Notes: a model not told the origin generated them from the sequence alone. A stretch of 64,000 nt of DNA from a virus (IMGVR_UViG_3300006131_000005); one strand, 5' to 3'. Shown: positions 1-9,502, counted from the first letter of the stretch. A program made the numbers and translations.

Positions 1-1538
1 GGATCGAGAAGGTCGTCACTTGGAATGATGTCAGTGATCCGGTGGTGCTTCTGGAAAAGGCAAAGGCCTATTTGAGAGACCTCCAGTTTGACAACATGGA
101 GTTAGAGTTGAGCGCCCTGGACCTTCACTATTTGGATGTGAGTATCGAGGCAGTGAAGCTGCTGGATGAGATTCGAGTCATCTCCAGGCCTCACGGACTG
201 GATCGGATGTTTCCGGTGACCAAGCTGGAAATTCCGTTGGATAACCCGGATCAGACCCAATTCAAGCTAGGCACGACGGTGAAAACTAGCCTCAGCAGTG
301 TGAACAATCAGACCAGTGCGGCCATTCTCCAGAAGATCGACGATCTTCCCAAGGCCCATTCCATCCTTAAAGAGGCCAAGGAGAACGCTACCCACATCAT
401 GAACATGGCTACCACCGGCTACATCACCATCACCAAGGACGACTACGGTTCGGAGACCCTTTATATTTCCAACATCCGGGACTACACCAAGGCGGACAAG
501 CTCTGGAAGTGGAACATGAATGGTCTGGGGTATTCCAACGATGGCGGCAAGACCTTTGGGCTGGCCATCACTATGGACGGGTCCATTGTGGCTGACTACA
601 TTACTACTGGCGTGCTGAATGCCAATGTGATTCGGGCCGGCGTGCTCAAGGATTATGGCGGCAACTTCAGTCTGGATTTTACCACCGGAAAACTGACCAT
701 GAAAAAGGGCTCCATCAACATCGGGAACGGAAATTTTACCGTGGATGAAGAAGGGAACCTATACGCCAGACGAGGCACCTTTGCAGGGACTCTGTCCGGC
801 GCAAAAGGAACGTTTGGCGGCCAGCTCGTGGCGGCCAGCGGGGACTTCAAGGGCGTTGTGCAGGCTTCCGATTTTCTGGATCGCTATGGAAACAGCATGA
901 TGACCGGGAGTAAGTTCTCCTCGGACTATCTCGACCTGTATGGGCTGACCATCCGGAACAAGAACACCGGCGCGATCACGTTTGCTGTCAGTCCCACAGG
1001 CGTTATCACCATCAACGGCAACATCACCATGGGCGCTGGCAGTTCTATCAACTGGGCGCAGGTGACCAATCAAAATCTGGACTACAACCCGGCTTATTCT
1101 CTTGCCTCGACGGCGAATGTCAAGGCGAACAATGCCAACTCGCTTGCTGCCGACGCTTATGACGCCGCCGATGCCGCTTATGCCAAAGCGAACCAGGCAT
1201 ACCGTCTGGCAGATTCTATCGAACTGCCCAGCTATATTCGGTCCACCTATATCGGGGCAACAACAATCAGATCTCCGGTTATCGAAGGTGGCGAATTTTA
1301 TGGCAGTGAATTCAACGTCATTGCCGGAGGAGATGCAGGCAGTTTCAACTTGTATGGGCCGTATGGAAGCAGCCGTTATCATATGTTCTGCATTGAATAT
1401 TACGATGCCGGCGTATGGGGGCCGTATGTTTATATTTCCAGCCCGTGTGGCGGAACAATCTGCTTTAATGGCCGGGTTGAGTTTACCGGAAGCGTTGATT
1501 TTTCCAGCGCCAGAGTCGATGGTATTGATTCAGAATAG
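1..1538 (+). CDS. Phage tail protein, C-terminal part (5' end truncated by window edge); minor structural / tail endopeptidase-like
   Basis: ORF runs off window start; Gly/Thr/Asn-rich beta-rich composition typical of siphovirus distal tail/host-specificity proteins; followed by fibre genes. Confidence 0.55.
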   Translation, partial: IEKVVTWNDVSDPVVLLEKAKAYLRDLQFDNMELELSALDLHYLDVSIEAVKLLDEIRVISRPHGLDRMFPVTKLEIPLDNPDQTQFKLGTTVKTSLSSVNNQTSAAILQKIDDLPKAHSILKEAKENATHIMNMATTGYITITKDDYGSETLYISNIRDYTKADKLWKWNMNGLGYSNDGGKTFGLAITMDGSIVADYITTGVLNANVIRAGVLKDYGGNFSLDFTTGKLTMKKGSINIGNGNFTVDEEGNLYARRGTFAGTLSGAKGTFGGQLVAASGDFKGVVQASDFLDRYGNSMMTGSKFSSDYLDLYGLTIRNKNTGAITFAVSPTGVITINGNITMGAGSSINWAQVTNQNLDYNPAYSLASTANVKANNANSLAADAYDAADAAYAKANQAYRLADSIELPSYIRSTYIGATTIRSPVIEGGEFYGSEFNVIAGGDAGSFNLYGPYGSSRYHMFCIEYYDAGVWGPYVYISSPCGGTICFNGRVEFTGSVDFSSARVDGIDSE

Positions 1539-1548
1539 GAGAATAACT

Positions 1549-1920
1549 GTGAAGAAAAAATTCAAAAACGCTGAGATGGCCGTAATGCTGAACCAGCTCC
1601 GGCCGCTTCTGTCCCATCGGGACAAGATCGGGTATGTCGCCGCCCGAAACTTTCGTATCCTCGGCGAATGCCTTACCGAATACGAGACGTTTCGTAACAG
1701 CCTCATTGAAAAGTATGGCGAGGAGGTCAAGGGCGAGCACGGCCAGACTACCATCGGCATTAAGGTCGATTCCCCCAATTTCCAGAAGTTCTGCGACGAG
1801 ATGGCCCCGTTCAACGAGATGGAGCACGAGGTCGAGCTGATGACGGCCAAGTATACGGAAGCTATCGGCTGTCTCTCCGGCGAGGAGATTTTGGGAGTCG
1901 ACTGGATGCTGGAAGATTAG
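1549..1920 (+). CDS. Small tail-module protein, unknown function
   Basis: GTG start 11 nt after AGGAGAA RBS, in-frame part of ORF 1102..1920; upstream extension overlaps tail gene and is rejected. Confidence 0.5.
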   Translation: MKKKFKNAEMAVMLNQLRPLLSHRDKIGYVAARNFRILGECLTEYETFRNSLIEKYGEEVKGEHGQTTIGIKVDSPNFQKFCDEMAPFNEMEHEVELMTAKYTEAIGCLSGEEILGVDWMLED

Positions 1921-1931
1921 GGGTGATTTAG

Positions 1932-3212
1932 TTGGCGAACATTGCCACATTCCTGCAAAAAATTCTGGACGCCGTATATGGCGAGGAAGTACGAGGTTCC
2001 ATCCATGACGCGCTGGTAGCTATGAATGTAGAGTCATCTGAGGCTATGCGGTTTGCGGCGACAGCCAAGGACTCTGCGGCCGCATCCGCTCTCGAAGCTA
2101 AGGCTTCAGCCGCCACGGCTGAGCAGAAGGCGACCGAAGTTGTGGACTCCGCCAGGGCCGCCAAGACCTCTGAGACAAACGCCAAAACTTCGGAGCTTAA
2201 TGCGATCCAGCAGGCTTCTAACGCAGCAAATGCCGCCGCGGCAGCCAAGGCTTCGGAAACTGCTGCCGGTAATTCGGAAGTAGTCGCCACGCAAAAGGCT
2301 CAGGAGGCCGCCGATTCTCAGGCCGCTGCCGCCCAGAGCGAGGCTGAGGCAAAGGCCGCCGAGGAACGGGTCAAGACGATTCGCTCTGACGTGGAGACCC
2401 TTGGCGCACAGGCCACAGCGGACAAGGAAGCCGCAGAGACGGCCAAAACAGATGCGGAGGCCGCCCGTGACGAGGCTCTCATCAGTCAAAATGGAGCGAA
2501 AGGCTCTGAGAACGCCGCCTTGGTGGCAAAAACCGCCGCAGAGCTCGCCAAAAACGATGCTGAAGCGGCAAAGTTAACCGCTCAGGCCGCCAAGGCAGCC
2601 GCAGAGACGGCCAAAACAGATGCGGAGACCGCCAAGGACAAGGCAAAGGAGTCTGAGGATTCTGCCGCCAAAAGCGCCCTTACTGCCCAGCAGTACAGCG
2701 GTAAGCCTCCAAAGCCCCAGGATGGGACTTGGTGGATCTGGGATGCCGATCAGCAGAAGTATTTGGACAGTGGTATTGCCTGCGACCTGGTGGGTCCTAC
2801 TGGAAACGGTATCCAGGATATCAAGCTCACCAAGGGCGACCACACTCCTGGTACTACGGATATTTACACCGTGACCATGACGGATGGCTCGACCATGACC
2901 ATTTCGGTCTACAATGGCCGGAACGGTACGGGAACCGGCGATGTGCTGGGCATCTCTTTTGATTTGGTTCTCCCGGTTTCCGGGTGGGCCAACGGGGAGA
3001 TCACTGTCGCCGACAGCCGTCTGTTAGCCCTGGCAACACATAAGTACCTTGTGGACGCTGACGAAGCCAGCCGTGAGGAGTATCTGGAGTGCAACGTGCA
3101 GGCCCGGAACATCACCACGACTGGCTTTATCACGTTCAAAAATGACACCGACCCGACAATGGACCTGACGGTGAATGTCATCCGTCTGGAACTGTCGGCC
3201 AACGGCGCATAG
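1932..3212 (+). CDS. Tail fibre-like protein, Ala-rich coiled-coil shaft with C-terminal globular tip
   Basis: TTG start after AGGGGTGA RBS; ~220 aa of AxxA(K/E) repeats then Gly/Thr-rich knob ending ..DLTVNVIRLELS. Confidence 0.55.
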   Translation: MANIATFLQKILDAVYGEEVRGSIHDALVAMNVESSEAMRFAATAKDSAAASALEAKASAATAEQKATEVVDSARAAKTSETNAKTSELNAIQQASNAANAAAAAKASETAAGNSEVVATQKAQEAADSQAAAAQSEAEAKAAEERVKTIRSDVETLGAQATADKEAAETAKTDAEAARDEALISQNGAKGSENAALVAKTAAELAKNDAEAAKLTAQAAKAAAETAKTDAETAKDKAKESEDSAAKSALTAQQYSGKPPKPQDGTWWIWDADQQKYLDSGIACDLVGPTGNGIQDIKLTKGDHTPGTTDIYTVTMTDGSTMTISVYNGRNGTGTGDVLGISFDLVLPVSGWANGEITVADSRLLALATHKYLVDADEASREEYLECNVQARNITTTGFITFKNDTDPTMDLTVNVIRLELSANGA

Positions 3213-3226
3213 AGGAGGTGATAGCT

Positions 3227-3835
3227 TTGGTGATCGAAATCAAAGACCAATGGGCAATGCTGGTCAGGGACGATACGCTCCGGCAGAACTCTAAGAAACC
3301 CTACGAGGTTGAGCTCGTCTTCGACGAAAGCTGGAACGGCTTCTCCAAGACCGCTATCTTTGAGGCGGGGCCTGTCAGCATCGTTGTTGTTCTAACGGAG
3401 GACCGATGTACGATTCCGGCGGAGTGTCTGAAACATGGGAGTGTAAAGCTGAAGATCGGCTTATATGGGGTGAATGGCGAGGCTCGCAAGGCCACCATCT
3501 GGTGTGAGACCAGCATGATTATCCCTGACGGGAGTCTTGGGCTTGGTTCGTCTACGGGAACGCCGATGCCGGATGAAATTTATTCGGAGATCATGGCGGC
3601 TATCGGAGATCTCTCTGCCGCCGGATTCGAGGGAAAAACTCTGGCTGAGATTTTCCGAGAGATCAAGAACAGCGCCTGTGAAACGGCCACGGACCCCGAG
3701 GTCGAGGACATGCTGGATGACACTTTTGGCTCTGCTCCGATCTTGCCGGATAACCCCGGCGGAGAGGAAATCCCCGACAACACCGCCACTGACAAAGAAG
3801 TGGCGGATATTCTCGATGAGGTTTTCGGCAAATAG
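3227..3835 (+). CDS. Tail-module protein, unknown; tandem acidic C-terminal TDxEVE(D/A)(M/I)LD(D/E)xFG motifs
   Basis: ORF 3218..3835; TTG/GTG 7-10 nt after GAGGAGG; motif repeated twice here and once in next gene. Confidence 0.45.
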   Translation: MVIEIKDQWAMLVRDDTLRQNSKKPYEVELVFDESWNGFSKTAIFEAGPVSIVVVLTEDRCTIPAECLKHGSVKLKIGLYGVNGEARKATIWCETSMIIPDGSLGLGSSTGTPMPDEIYSEIMAAIGDLSAAGFEGKTLAEIFREIKNSACETATDPEVEDMLDDTFGSAPILPDNPGGEEIPDNTATDKEVADILDEVFGK

Positions 3836-3868
3836 CCGCAACCAAATAATTTCAAGGAGGACTTGTAT

Positions 3869-4306
3869 ATGTCTAAGCACACTACCATTGACCAGCTCAA
3901 AATGCTGGCCCAGCGCACCAAGACCGAGCTGGCCGCTCTGGACGGGAAGATCGCCGACTATGGCCTGACCAAGCAGGAAACCGCTGAGGACGGCTATCTG
4001 GCCACCTATCAGCTCACCAAGGACGGCGCCCCCACCGGCGACAAGATCAACATTCCCAAGGACCTGCTGGTGAAGTCCGCCTCCGTCAAGGAGGTTGCCG
4101 AAGCTGGTCAGCCCTATGAGGGCGCTGCGGTCGGTGACAAGTACATCGACTTCGTCATCAACAGCGTTGAGGGCGACGCCAACGAGAGCCATATCTATCT
4201 GGCTGTGAAAGACCTTGGCGGGAGCGTTACCGTGGATACCGCTACAGACTCCGAGGTGGAGGCTATGTTGACCGAGGTCTTCGGCCCTGCCGCCACCGAG
4301 CCCTGA
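3869..4306 (+). CDS. Tail-module protein, paralog A (N-term TTIxQLKxLAxRTK; C-term TDSEVEAMLTEVFG)
   Basis: ATG 8 nt after AAGGAGG; shares N-terminal motif with 4372..4749 and C-terminal motif with 3227..3835. Confidence 0.5.
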   Translation: MSKHTTIDQLKMLAQRTKTELAALDGKIADYGLTKQETAEDGYLATYQLTKDGAPTGDKINIPKDLLVKSASVKEVAEAGQPYEGAAVGDKYIDFVINSVEGDANESHIYLAVKDLGGSVTVDTATDSEVEAMLTEVFGPAATEP

Positions 4307-4371
4307 GCAATCTGAGAGCGGGGGATAGTTTTTTCCTGTCCCTCGTTCGTCTTTTGAAAGGACGGAAACGA

Positions 4372-4749
4372 ATGGCAGAGAAACTGACTACGATCGAACA
4401 GCTTAAAAAGCTGGCGCTCAGGACCAAGGCTGATTCCGCTGCCCGTATCTCCGAGCTGGCCGAGATGATCGCCGCCGGTCTGGAGGATTCGCAGATCGGC
4501 TTTGCTGTCACTCTGCCGGCCGCAAACTGGAGCGGCAGAGCACAGACAGTTCAGCACGAGTCCTTCCTGGCAGACAGCAGCTACTGGTATCTTGTCTGCG
4601 GCGACGCCGACTGCTTCATTGAGTGCGGCGACACCGGCATCCGAGCGGACAACATTACAACCAACGGTGAGGCCACGTTCCACTGTGAGATCACGCCGGA
4701 GAACGACCTGACCGTGAATATTCTTCGACTGGAGGTCGTCGAGAAATGA
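4372..4749 (+). CDS. Tail-module protein, paralog A' with fibre-tip-like C-terminus (..DLTVNILRLEVVEK)
   Basis: ATG after GGACGGAAACGA; N-term paralogous to 3869..4306, C-terminal ~30 aa homologous to C-terminus of 1932..3212. Confidence 0.5.
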   Translation: MAEKLTTIEQLKKLALRTKADSAARISELAEMIAAGLEDSQIGFAVTLPAANWSGRAQTVQHESFLADSSYWYLVCGDADCFIECGDTGIRADNITTNGEATFHCEITPENDLTVNILRLEVVEK

Positions 4750-7619
4750 GTAATCCCAATGAAGTCGGAAAGGTGTTCAACCTGACCGGCAGCGGCGGAG
4801 GCAGCGGCTCTATCAAGCTGGAGAGCCTGACCGTCACCAAGCCGCCCAAGAAAACGATCTATAAATCCGGGGAGAGCTTCGACCCCACCGGGATGGTGGT
4901 GGAAGCAAGCTACGGCTTCGGCCTGACCTCGGAAGTGACCGGATACACCGTGACGCCCTCTGTGCTGACGGACGGCGTGACGGAGGTCACCATCACCTAT
5001 ACGGAGGGCCGGGCCACCAAGACGGCCAGCACTCCTGTCACTGTGGAAAAGGTCCTGGTCTCCATCGAGGTTACCACCCCGCCTACTAAAACTATTTACG
5101 ACTATCTGGAGAGCTTTGACCCGGCCGGTATGGTGGTCACAGCTATGTTCTCGGACGGTTCCACGGCCGTTGCCGAGGGTTACAGCTATCCCAGCTCCGC
5201 GTTCTCCACACTGGGAGATCAGGTAGTTAATTTGGACTACACCTACGAGGGCGTGACCAAGAGTACACACTTGTCAGTAGCAGTTGACGCTATCGTGGTG
5301 GCGGTCCCTACGCAGAAGAACGCGCCCGCCTATGACGGCTCCAGCAAATCTCCTTCCTGGGATGGATACGATTCCATCAAAATGGCTTTGGCCGGGACCA
5401 TTGACGGGGTCAACGCCGGCACCTACACCGCCAAGTTTACGCTGGTCTATGGATATTTGTTCCCCAACGGCACCAGCGAAGCCACGGTGGACTGGATCAT
5501 CAGCCGGGCGGTCATTCCGGCGCTGCCCACCCAGAGCAATGTTCTGGCGGCCGACGGCACGCCCAAGTCGCCCACCTGGGACGGCTACATCGTGGGTCAG
5601 CTCACTTTGGGCGGCGACCGGTTCGGCACTGAGGCCGGAGACTACACCGCCGAGTTCACCCCCACGGACAACTATCAGTGGTGGGACGGTACCACTGGAA
5701 TGAAGACAGCCACCTGGACCATCACCAGCGTCATCGTGCCCATCCCGACGCAGAAGAATATCCCCACTTACACCGGGGCGGCCCAGACGCCGCAGTGGGA
5801 CAACTTCGACACCGACAACTGCACCGTCCAGGTGACGCCGGCTACGGATGCCGGGGAGCACTCTGCGGTATTCAGTCTGGTGCAGGGCATGTGGTCGGAC
5901 GGCACCACCGCTAACAAGACGGTGAAATGGGTCATCAACCGGGCCACCATCGCCAAGGTCCCCGCCCAGAGCGGGATGCCTAAGTATGACGGTAACCCAA
6001 AAACCCCGACCTGGGACACCAACTACGACAGCGCCAAGATGACGCTGAGCGTGGAGTCTCAAATCAATGCTGGGACGGGATACACCGCTTCGTTCACGCC
6101 CACTGCCAACTATCAGTGGTCGGACGGGACGGTTGAGGCCAAGGTGGTCTCCTGGGGCATCGCCAAGGGGGACAACGCCATCACGGTGAGCCCCGCGTCG
6201 CTGACGCTGAACATGACCACCAAAAGCACCAAGTTCACCGTGGGCCGCAAGGGCAACGGCGCTATCACCGCCACCTCCAGCGATACCAAGGTCGCTACCA
6301 TCGGCTCTGTCAATCAGAACACCGGCGAGGTGGTGGTCAACAGCGTGAACGACACCAGCGGTACCGCCACCATCACGGTCAAGGTGGCCGAAGGCGACAA
6401 CTATCTGGCCCCTGCCAACAAGACCGTTTCGGTGAAGGCGAGCTTCCGGGAGTATCTGTATGGCTTCGACATCAACCTGAACGACAGCAATCCGGCCACC
6501 CGGGTCAGCTATCCCAGTGACGTGGAGAACTCCGGCTTTGCCAAGGCCATGATGAACTTCGGCGGCGCGTTCAGCTATGGTGGATGGCCCAGCACCCCTG
6601 GCTCCAAGTTTATGCCCCGGCCCTGTATGCTGAAGTATGACGGGACGGTGGCTTACTATCTCAACCCCAACGACCTGACCAAGAAGGCGGACGGCTCCGC
6701 TTCGGACGTGGCCAACATCAACTTCGGTGGCAATGCCATGATGGAATGGCCCAAAATCTACGTCAAGCGGTGGGAGAGCGGCGGCGTGTACCACTTCCGG
6801 TGTTCGGACGTGAAGGTGGACGCCGACTACGAGTGCTGGAGCAACTACGACAAGAACAACAAGGAGATCCCGCACTTCTACACGCCCATCTTCGACGGGG
6901 CATGGGACTCCTCCGGGCGGATGCGCTCCATCAGCGGGCAGACCTGCAAGGTCAGCACAACAGCCCAGCAGGAGATCGACGCCGCCAAGCTGAACGGCGC
7001 GAACATCTGGTACACCGAGGTCATCGCTGATATTTTCCTGGTGCAGGACCTGCTCACCATGATGTTCAAGAGCACCGACCTTCAGGCCACCGCAGGGTAC
7101 GGCCGGGTCAGCGCGAGCAACGCCATCGCGACCGGCACCATGAACACCAAGGGTATGTTCTGGGGAGCAAGCGACAAGACCTCCGGCGTCAAGGTGTTCG
7201 GCATGGAGAATCCGTGGGGCAACGTCTGGCGGAGGACCGCTGGGCTCATCTGCAACGCGGGCTCGGTCAAGGCCAAAATTACCAGGGGGACAAAGGACGG
7301 TTCTACCGCCGCCGACTACAACACGGACGGCTCCGGCTACAAGAGCATCATGACGATGGCTACGGGCGGCGGATACATCAGCGCCATGCGAACGGAGAAG
7401 TTCGGACGCCTCGCCACCGCTTTCAGCGGCTCGACAACCACCTATGAGGCGGACTACGCCTACTACAACAACTCCGGCGTCAGATACGCTATCGTTGGTG
7501 GCCACTGGAACCGTGACCTGGTTGCGGGACCGTTCTCCATCGACCTGAACGATACGCCCGGCGTTGCGCACGCCAGCTTTGGCGCGGCCCTCTCTTGTAA
7601 ACCACTTGCCGCGGCGTAG
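4746..7619 (+). CDS. DGR target protein: N-terminal bacterial Ig-like domains x2, four ~88-aa tandem Ig-like repeats, C-terminal C-type-lectin-fold variable domain; likely receptor-binding tail protein
   Basis: 957-aa ORF with ATGA overlap to upstream gene; repeats P(T/A)Q(K/S)N.P.YDG..K(S/T)P.WD...AG.YTA.FT; last ~40 codons form VR (..AIVGGHWNRDLVAGPFSIDLNDTPGVAHASFGAALS). Confidence 0.8.
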   Translation: MSNPNEVGKVFNLTGSGGGSGSIKLESLTVTKPPKKTIYKSGESFDPTGMVVEASYGFGLTSEVTGYTVTPSVLTDGVTEVTITYTEGRATKTASTPVTVEKVLVSIEVTTPPTKTIYDYLESFDPAGMVVTAMFSDGSTAVAEGYSYPSSAFSTLGDQVVNLDYTYEGVTKSTHLSVAVDAIVVAVPTQKNAPAYDGSSKSPSWDGYDSIKMALAGTIDGVNAGTYTAKFTLVYGYLFPNGTSEATVDWIISRAVIPALPTQSNVLAADGTPKSPTWDGYIVGQLTLGGDRFGTEAGDYTAEFTPTDNYQWWDGTTGMKTATWTITSVIVPIPTQKNIPTYTGAAQTPQWDNFDTDNCTVQVTPATDAGEHSAVFSLVQGMWSDGTTANKTVKWVINRATIAKVPAQSGMPKYDGNPKTPTWDTNYDSAKMTLSVESQINAGTGYTASFTPTANYQWSDGTVEAKVVSWGIAKGDNAITVSPASLTLNMTTKSTKFTVGRKGNGAITATSSDTKVATIGSVNQNTGEVVVNSVNDTSGTATITVKVAEGDNYLAPANKTVSVKASFREYLYGFDINLNDSNPATRVSYPSDVENSGFAKAMMNFGGAFSYGGWPSTPGSKFMPRPCMLKYDGTVAYYLNPNDLTKKADGSASDVANINFGGNAMMEWPKIYVKRWESGGVYHFRCSDVKVDADYECWSNYDKNNKEIPHFYTPIFDGAWDSSGRMRSISGQTCKVSTTAQQEIDAAKLNGANIWYTEVIADIFLVQDLLTMMFKSTDLQATAGYGRVSASNAIATGTMNTKGMFWGASDKTSGVKVFGMENPWGNVWRRTAGLICNAGSVKAKITRGTKDGSTAADYNTDGSGYKSIMTMATGGGYISAMRTEKFGRLATAFSGSTTTYEADYAYYNNSGVRYAIVGGHWNRDLVAGPFSIDLNDTPGVAHASFGAALSCKPLAAA
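7486..7597 (+). repeat. DGR variable region (VR) at 3' end of target gene
   Basis: ~112 bp aligning to TR 7764..7877; ~18 mismatches, all but one where TR has adenine. Confidence 0.75.
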
Positions 7620-7763
7620 CCGCGTAAAGGAGAGGTCTGGAGAACCTTGGGTCTCCGGGGAAACGAAATTCAAAATGGAGCGCCTGTCCATCCATAAACG
7701 GGCATAGGGGCCGGGGTCGAAAGATACCCTCCCCTAATTTTTATAGGGGTATGCACTGCGCCC

Positions 7764-7877
7764 ACGCTATCGTTGGTGGCAACTGGAACAATGACCTGAA
7801 TGCCGGACCGTTCTACATCAACCTGAACAATACGCCCGACAATACGAACACCAACATTGGCGCGGCCCTATCTTATC
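7764..7877 (+). repeat. DGR template region (TR), non-coding, AAC/AAT-rich
   Basis: Reads NWNNDLNAGPFYINLNNTPDNTNTNIGAALSY in VR frame (AAC codons typical of TR); lies between target and RT. Confidence 0.75.
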
Positions 7878-8046
7878 CACGCGAACCCTCATATATGAGC
7901 AATGCAGTGCATATCGCTGCCGAACGCAGTAAGGGGAGGGGCTTCACCGGCCTCTCCCTTTCCTCACCGCTTGGTGAAAATCAACTCGGTGCAAGCACCC
8001 GTTAGTATCTGAAAGAGGTGAAAGCGGGTGAGAGGATAAGAGAGTA

Positions 8047-9270
8047 ATGAAATCCTACAAACACTTGTTTGACATCTGCATATCGGAAGAAAACCGCCGC
8101 AAAGCCATCAAGCAGGCCAAGCGTACAAAGCGCGTCCGTAAGATGCTGAAGAAACGGCACATGTCGGATGATGAACTGCTGTGCGCCTCCTACGACTGGA
8201 TCATGCAGTACGAGAACGCCGAGCATGTTCCGAAGGTCATCCATGACGGGACGGCCCACAAGGAACGGGTCATCATCGTGCCGACGCTGGAGGAGCTTAT
8301 CGTTCAGCACTGTGTCGCTAAGGCCATGGAAGAGATGTTCTGGCATGGAATGTACCAGCACAGTTACGCCAGTCTGCCCAAGCGAGGAGCCCACAAGGCC
8401 AAGAAAGTCATCGAGAAATGGATCGAAACCGACCCGAAGAACGTGAAGTATGTTCTGAAAATGGACGTCCATCACTTCTTTGACAGTATCCCGCACGATA
8501 TTCTGAAAGCAAAGCTCCGCAAGCATATCCACGACGACATGATGCTGGACTTGCTGTTCAAGATTATCGACGTGACTGACGCCGGTATCCCTCTTGGCTT
8601 CTATACCTCGCAGTGGCTCTCCAACTGGTATTTGCAGGAGCTGGACCACTTCATCAAGGAGCAGCTTCACGCGGTCTACTATGTCCGCTACATGGACGAC
8701 ATGGTCATCTTCGGGTCAAACAAGAAAGTTCTGCACCAAATCAGACAAGCCATCTCCGAGTATCTTGAGACCAACCTGGGCCTGGAGCTGAAAGGAAATT
8801 GGCAGGTGTTTCGTTTCTCCTACACCGTCAACGGTGAAGACCGAGGGCGGCCTCTGGACTTCATGGGCTTCCAGTTCTATCGGAACCGGACGGTGCTGCG
8901 CAAATCTATCATGCTGAAAGCAACCAGAAAAGCCCGCAAGATTCACAAGAAACCTTATCAGGAGCGCAAGCCAACTGTTCACGACTACCGCCAGATGATG
9001 TCGTATCTGGGATGGATCGACTGTACCGACACCTACCGGATGTACCTGAAGCATATCAAGCCGAGGGTCAGCTTCCAGCGGATGAAGCGGTACATTTCCC
9101 GCTATGACCGGCATGACGACCGTCGTGTGTACGAGCAGCTTGTGCAGCTATATTTGCCGAGAGGAGGAAAGCGCCGTGGAACCCGTTTACATCACCGCAG
9201 AAAGTACCGTCCGCCCCAAGGAAATCGAAGTGGGCGTAACGACTGTGTATCTGCGCCGCAACATTGTTGA
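8047..9270 (+). CDS. DGR reverse transcriptase
   Basis: RYMDDMVIFG (YxDD) and IPLGFYTSQWLSNWYL (DGR-type LGxxxSQ) motifs; basic N-terminus; Arg-rich C-terminal tail may extend beyond functional end. Confidence 0.85.
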   Translation: MKSYKHLFDICISEENRRKAIKQAKRTKRVRKMLKKRHMSDDELLCASYDWIMQYENAEHVPKVIHDGTAHKERVIIVPTLEELIVQHCVAKAMEEMFWHGMYQHSYASLPKRGAHKAKKVIEKWIETDPKNVKYVLKMDVHHFFDSIPHDILKAKLRKHIHDDMMLDLLFKIIDVTDAGIPLGFYTSQWLSNWYLQELDHFIKEQLHAVYYVRYMDDMVIFGSNKKVLHQIRQAISEYLETNLGLELKGNWQVFRFSYTVNGEDRGRPLDFMGFQFYRNRTVLRKSIMLKATRKARKIHKKPYQERKPTVHDYRQMMSYLGWIDCTDTYRMYLKHIKPRVSFQRMKRYISRYDRHDDRRVYEQLVQLYLPRGGKRRGTRLHHRRKYRPPQGNRSGRNDCVSAPQHC

Positions 9271-9484
9271 GACGCAGCGCACCGACCCCATGGATGAGGG
9301 CCGCGAACCCACCCCCGTGTTCGTCTATGAGGAAGCCCAGCTCACCAAGGATGAAGCCCTGCTGGTTCTCGCCGAGGGCCAGGAGAACCACTCCAAAGAG
9401 CTAGCGGATGCCGACGGCATCAACATCGACCACGAGTACCGGCTGACCCTGCTGGAGCTGGGCCTGTCCGAGACTGATATTTGA
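9173..9484 (+). CDS. XkdW-like small phage protein (tail fibre-associated), tentative
   Basis: GTG after GAGGAGGAAAG; ~104 aa acidic protein directly upstream of an XkdX-like peptide as in PBSX xkdW-xkdX. Confidence 0.35.
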   Translation, partial: AVEPVYITAESTVRPKEIEVGVTTVYLRRNIVETQRTDPMDEGREPTPVFVYEEAQLTKDEALLVLAEGQENHSKELADADGINIDHEYRLTLLELGLSETDI

Positions 9485-9502
9485 GGAAAGGAGATGTAGA
9501 GC

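Larger units (their letters stand above)
4746..9270 (+). mobile_element. Diversity-generating retroelement (target gene with VR - TR - reverse transcriptase)
   Basis: VR/TR pair with adenine-specific mismatches plus YMDD RT with LGxxxSQ motif immediately downstream. Confidence 0.8.

Noticed and set aside
1102-1920. 272-aa ORF extending upstream into the tail gene
   Set aside because: The N-terminal 150 codons overlap the tail protein in another frame and are Pro/Arg/Met-rich. The real gene starts at the GTG (1549) after a proper RBS.
5274-7691. 805-aa antisense ORF inside the DGR target gene
   Set aside because: Gly/Arg/Val/Pro-rich translation typical of a spurious reverse frame in a GC-rich gene. 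The sense strand has clear Ig-like repeats and the VR.
7751-8005. 84-aa ORF overlapping the DGR template region
   Set aside because: It exists only because the TR copies the VR reading frame (NWNNDLNAGPFYINLNN..). TR is non-coding in characterised DGRs, and there is no RBS.
8046-8101. Apparent extra A in the displayed sequence near 8098-8101 relative to the RT translation
   Set aside because: The ORF track gives an uninterrupted 407-aa RT. This is probably a line-counting or transcription artefact on my side, so all hand-derived coordinates are treated as +/- 3 nt rather than reporting a frameshift.
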